Below, piece after piece: positions 60,779 to 64,000 of a DNA stretch of 64,000 nucleotides. Position numbers and translations under genes: made by a program. The number at the start of each line of letters is the position of its first letter. Positions within the stretch are counted from its first letter, which is position 1. The notes under the pieces were generated by a model. It was not told the origin of the DNA. It saw nothing but the letters and a program-made list of their open reading frames with translations, and ran no database searches. The stretch comes from Bacillota bacterium (lineage in GTDB: Bacteria; Bacillota; Clostridia; Clostridiales; Clostridiaceae), in the NCBI GenBank assembly GCA_023451395.1, contig JAEXZL010000042.1, forward strand, positions 1,238 to 65,237, in the 5' to 3' direction.

Positions 60779-61867
60779 ATGAAAAAATTATTATCCATGA
60801 TATTAGTAGCTGCTTTAGCTATATCCGTGGTTGGATGTACTAGCAATGCTAATTCCGGTAATGAAGGTAAGAAGGATGGTTATGAGCTAGCTCTTGTTAC
60901 AGACATCGGAACTATCGACGATAAGTCTTTCAACCAAGGAGCTTGGGAGGGGTTAGAAAAATACGCTAAGGAAAATAATATTACTCATAAATATTATCAG
61001 CCTAAAGAAAAAACAACTGCGTCCTACATAGAAACTATAGGACTTGCAATTGAAGGCGGAGCAAAGGTAGTAGTTTGCCCTGGATATTTATTTGAAGAAG
61101 CTGTTTATCAGGTTCAGGACGAGTATCCAGAAACTAAGTTCATACTTTTAGATGGAACTCCTCATGATGCAGATTATAAAGATTTCAAATTAAGCAGTAA
61201 CGTTTACTCTGTATTCTATGCAGAAGAGCAGGCTGGCTTCTTAGCTGGTTATGCTGCAGTTAAGGAAGGCTACACTAAGCTTGGATTTATGGGTGGTATG
61301 GCTGTTCCTGCTGTTATAAGATTTGGATATGGATTTGTTCAGGGTGCAGAATATGCAGCTAAGGAATTGGATGTTAAGGACTTATCTCTTAAGTATCATT
61401 ATACTGGTGGCTTTGATGCTACTCCTGAAGTACAGTCTACTGCAGCTTCTTGGTATCAATCCGGAACTGAAGTAATCTTTGCTTGTGGTGGTGCTGTTGG
61501 TAACTCCGTTATGGCAGCTGCTGAAAAAGATGGTAAAGTGGTAATCGGAGTTGACGTTGACCAGTCCCCAGAATCTGGTACAGTTATAACTTCAGCTATG
61601 AAGGAGCTTTCAAAATCAGTATATGATGGACTAACTGCTTTCTATAAGGGTTCATTCCCAGGTGGAAAGTCTGTAACTCTTGATGCTAAGGTTGATGGCG
61701 TTGCTCTTCCAATGAAAACCTCAAAGTTTAAGAAGTTTACCGAAAATGACTATAAGGCTATTTACAAGAAGCTTGTAGATGGTGAAATAACCCTTAAGAA
61801 GGATACTGATTACAAGTCTGCTAAGGACATAGTAACAGAAGCTGTTAAGGTAGAGGTTGTTGAGTAA
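60779..61867 (+). CDS. BMP family ABC substrate-binding lipoprotein (nucleoside)
   Basis: Lipobox VVGC, DDKSFNQGAWEG, GFLAGY, IGVDVDQ, TSAMK. Confidence 0.9.
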   Translation: MKKLLSMILVAALAISVVGCTSNANSGNEGKKDGYELALVTDIGTIDDKSFNQGAWEGLEKYAKENNITHKYYQPKEKTTASYIETIGLAIEGGAKVVVCPGYLFEEAVYQVQDEYPETKFILLDGTPHDADYKDFKLSSNVYSVFYAEEQAGFLAGYAAVKEGYTKLGFMGGMAVPAVIRFGYGFVQGAEYAAKELDVKDLSLKYHYTGGFDATPEVQSTAASWYQSGTEVIFACGGAVGNSVMAAAEKDGKVVIGVDVDQSPESGTVITSAMKELSKSVYDGLTAFYKGSFPGGKSVTLDAKVDGVALPMKTSKFKKFTENDYKAIYKKLVDGEITLKKDTDYKSAKDIVTEAVKVEVVE

Positions 61868-61982
61868 TTTAACTTAGAAGAAAAAAATGGGTGCTTCACA
61901 GCACCCTTTTCTTTTCCATAATAATAAACTTGTTATATAATATTAAATATCAATAAAAATTATTTTGTTTGGGGGGAAATTT

Positions 61983-63524
61983 GTGGACTACATAATTGAG
62001 ATGATAGGTATTACAAAAGAGTTTCCCGGAATAATTGCAAATGATAATATAACTTTGCAGGTTAAAAAAGGGGAAATTCATGCACTCCTTGGCGAGAATG
62101 GTGCTGGAAAATCCACTCTTATGAGTGTGCTTTTTGGACTTTATCAGCCGGAAAAGGGAAAGATAAAGATTAAAGGACAGGATGTAAAAATAAACAGTCC
62201 ATTAGATGCTAATGCATTAGGTATTGGTATGGTACATCAGCACTTTAAGCTTGTGCATAACTTTACTGTGCTTCAAAACATCATTTTAGGAGTGGAAACA
62301 ACTAAAAATGGCCTCTTAGAAATGAGTTCTGCCAGAGAAAAGGTAATGGAGCTTAGTAAAAAATATAATTTAATGGTAGATCCTGATGCTTTGATTTCCG
62401 ACATTACAGTTGGTATGCAGCAAAGGGTAGAGATACTTAAAATGCTTTATAGGGATAATGATATTCTTATCTTTGATGAGCCTACAGCGGTATTGACACC
62501 TCAGGAAATTGATGAGCTTATGAATGTTATGAAGGGCCTTGCTAAGGAAGGAAAGTCTATTATCTTTATAACTCACAAACTCAACGAGATTAAGGCAGTT
62601 GCTGACAGATGTACTGTTCTTAGAAGAGGTAAGTATATTGGAGTTGTTGATGTTAAAGAAACAGACAAGGAAGCAATGTCAGAAATGATGGTAGGACGTA
62701 AGGTAAATCTTACAGTGGATAAGGGCGAGTCACAACCTAAAGATGTAATATTTGAAGTGAAAAACCTGTCCGTTAAGGCGAAGAGTGAAGGCCATGTAAA
62801 GAATTTGGTAAGCGATGTAAGCTTTAATATTAGGAGAGGCGAAATTGTATGTATAGCAGGTATTGATGGAAATGGACAGACCGAGTTAGTCCAAGCTATC
62901 ACCGGCCTTATACCTATGGATTCCGGCAGCATAACCTTAAAAGGTGAGGATATTACCAATAAGAGTATAAGATATAAGAATACTCATGGTATTGGTCACA
63001 TACCTGAGGACAGACACAAGCATGGCTTAGTTCTCGACTATAATTTAGGAGAGAATCTTGTGCTTCAGGAGTACTTTACTCCAGAATTTCAGAAAAGTGG
63101 CTTTCTGAAATTCGATAAGATTTATAATCATTCAGAGGAGCTTATAAAGACCTTCGATATACGAAGCAGTCAGGGACCATATACTTCTGCAAGAAGCATG
63201 TCTGGAGGAAATCAGCAAAAGGTTATTATAGCTAGAGAAATATCTAGAAACCCTGAACTTTTAATTGCTGTTCAGCCTACAAGAGGATTAGATGTTGGTG
63301 CCATTGAGTTTATTCATAAGGAAATTGTAAAGCAAAGAGATAACAACTGTGGTGTGCTTCTAGTATCTCTTGAATTAGATGAGGTTATGAATTTAAGCGA
63401 TAGAATTCTTGTAATATATGAAGGAGAAATTGTGGCAGATGTAGATCCTAAGGAAGTTACAGTACAGGAATTAGGTCTATATATGTCCGGTTCAAAGAAA
63501 GGAGTGAAAACCAACAATGGATAA
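61983..63524 (+). CDS. Nucleoside/sugar ABC transporter ATPase (two ABC domains)
   Basis: GENGAGKST, DEPTAVLTP, SGGNQQK, QPTRGLDVG; GGGGG RBS before GTG 61983. Confidence 0.92.
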   Translation: MDYIIEMIGITKEFPGIIANDNITLQVKKGEIHALLGENGAGKSTLMSVLFGLYQPEKGKIKIKGQDVKINSPLDANALGIGMVHQHFKLVHNFTVLQNIILGVETTKNGLLEMSSAREKVMELSKKYNLMVDPDALISDITVGMQQRVEILKMLYRDNDILIFDEPTAVLTPQEIDELMNVMKGLAKEGKSIIFITHKLNEIKAVADRCTVLRRGKYIGVVDVKETDKEAMSEMMVGRKVNLTVDKGESQPKDVIFEVKNLSVKAKSEGHVKNLVSDVSFNIRRGEIVCIAGIDGNGQTELVQAITGLIPMDSGSITLKGEDITNKSIRYKNTHGIGHIPEDRHKHGLVLDYNLGENLVLQEYFTPEFQKSGFLKFDKIYNHSEELIKTFDIRSSQGPYTSARSMSGGNQQKVIIAREISRNPELLIAVQPTRGLDVGAIEFIHKEIVKQRDNNCGVLLVSLELDEVMNLSDRILVIYEGEIVADVDPKEVTVQELGLYMSGSKKGVKTNNG

Positions 63525-64000
63525 TACAGCTAATACTAAAAAGCGAAGGAGAGATTTTGGTTTTCTTTCTTCAATCTTTGCGATTTTAGTTGGATTAGTT
63601 TTTGGATTTATAATCCTATTAATCAGTAATCCTTCCCAGGCGGTAGACGGATTTATCACAATAATCACTGGAGCTCTTACTCATGGAGGCAAAGGGGTTG
63701 GTCAGATATTTTATTATGCAACTCCAATAATTATGACTGGTCTTTCTGTAGGTTTTGCCTTTAAAACAGGACTCTTTAATATTGGTGCAGCAGGGCAGTT
63801 TATTATGGGAGCTTTCTTTGCTGTAGTAGTTGGACTAACTATGTCTACCTTAGGAGGAGTACACTGGGTTGTAGCACTTATTGCTAGTGGAATAGGTGGA
63901 GCTCTTTGGGCTTTGATCCCAGGCCTTTTAAAAGCTTATGCCAATGTTAATGAGGTTATTTCTTCAATTATGATGAATTATATTGGAATGTATCTTGTTA
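63517..64000 (+). CDS. Nucleoside ABC transporter permease, 3'-truncated by the window edge
   Basis: ATG 63517 MDNTANT...ATPIIMTGLSVGFAFKTGLFNIGAAGQ...NEVISSIMMNYI; not in the ORF track because it has no stop in the window. Confidence 0.88.
   Translation, partial: MDNTANTKKRRRDFGFLSSIFAILVGLVFGFIILLISNPSQAVDGFITIITGALTHGGKGVGQIFYYATPIIMTGLSVGFAFKTGLFNIGAAGQFIMGAFFAVVVGLTMSTLGGVHWVVALIASGIGGALWALIPGLLKAYANVNEVISSIMMNYIGMYLV

Noticed and set aside
157..63517. Many 60-150 aa ORFs antisense to or overlapping long genes (e.g. 8343-8714, 12803-13219, 32387-32782, 54793-55251, 62573-62959)
   Set aside because: Shadow frames of well-supported CDS, with no RBS or recognisable motifs
1..64000. Mobile elements, prophage, CRISPR arrays, tRNA/rRNA
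   Set aside because: No transposase, integrase or phage ORFs, no regularly spaced repeats and no tRNA/rRNA-like sequence were seen

Overview
AT-rich, Clostridium-like (Bacillota) chromosomal window with about 60 CDS. No rRNA, tRNA, transposase, integrase, phage or CRISPR signal was seen. Main blocks: (1) an ADP-ribose processing cassette (macro domain + HTH, vWA with a premature stop, ADP-ribosylglycohydrolase) with a palindromic operator over its internal promoter; (2) a ~13 kb catabolic locus (GntR, class III aminotransferase, ArgE/DapE-type deacylase, PRD regulator, fructose-type PTS, class II aldolase, beta-hydroxyacid dehydrogenase, then GDH, SDR and FGGY kinase) whose substrate I cannot assign; (3) a patchwork of stress/resistance genes (TetRs, VOC, Vat-like acetyltransferase, MATEs, RlmA-like methyltransferase, ABC exporter, an RsgA behind an attenuator-like leader); (4) redox genes (acyl-CoA dehydrogenase-EtfA fusion, lipoprotein with three flavinylation motifs, CcdA-thioredoxin, NADH oxidase, AzoR with a Fur box, PAS-containing [FeFe]-hydrogenase plus phosphatase); (5) a lysine-riboswitch-controlled amino acid ABC transporter and a BMP-family nucleoside ABC transporter that runs off the right edge. 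All product calls come from motifs recognised by eye, not from database searches.
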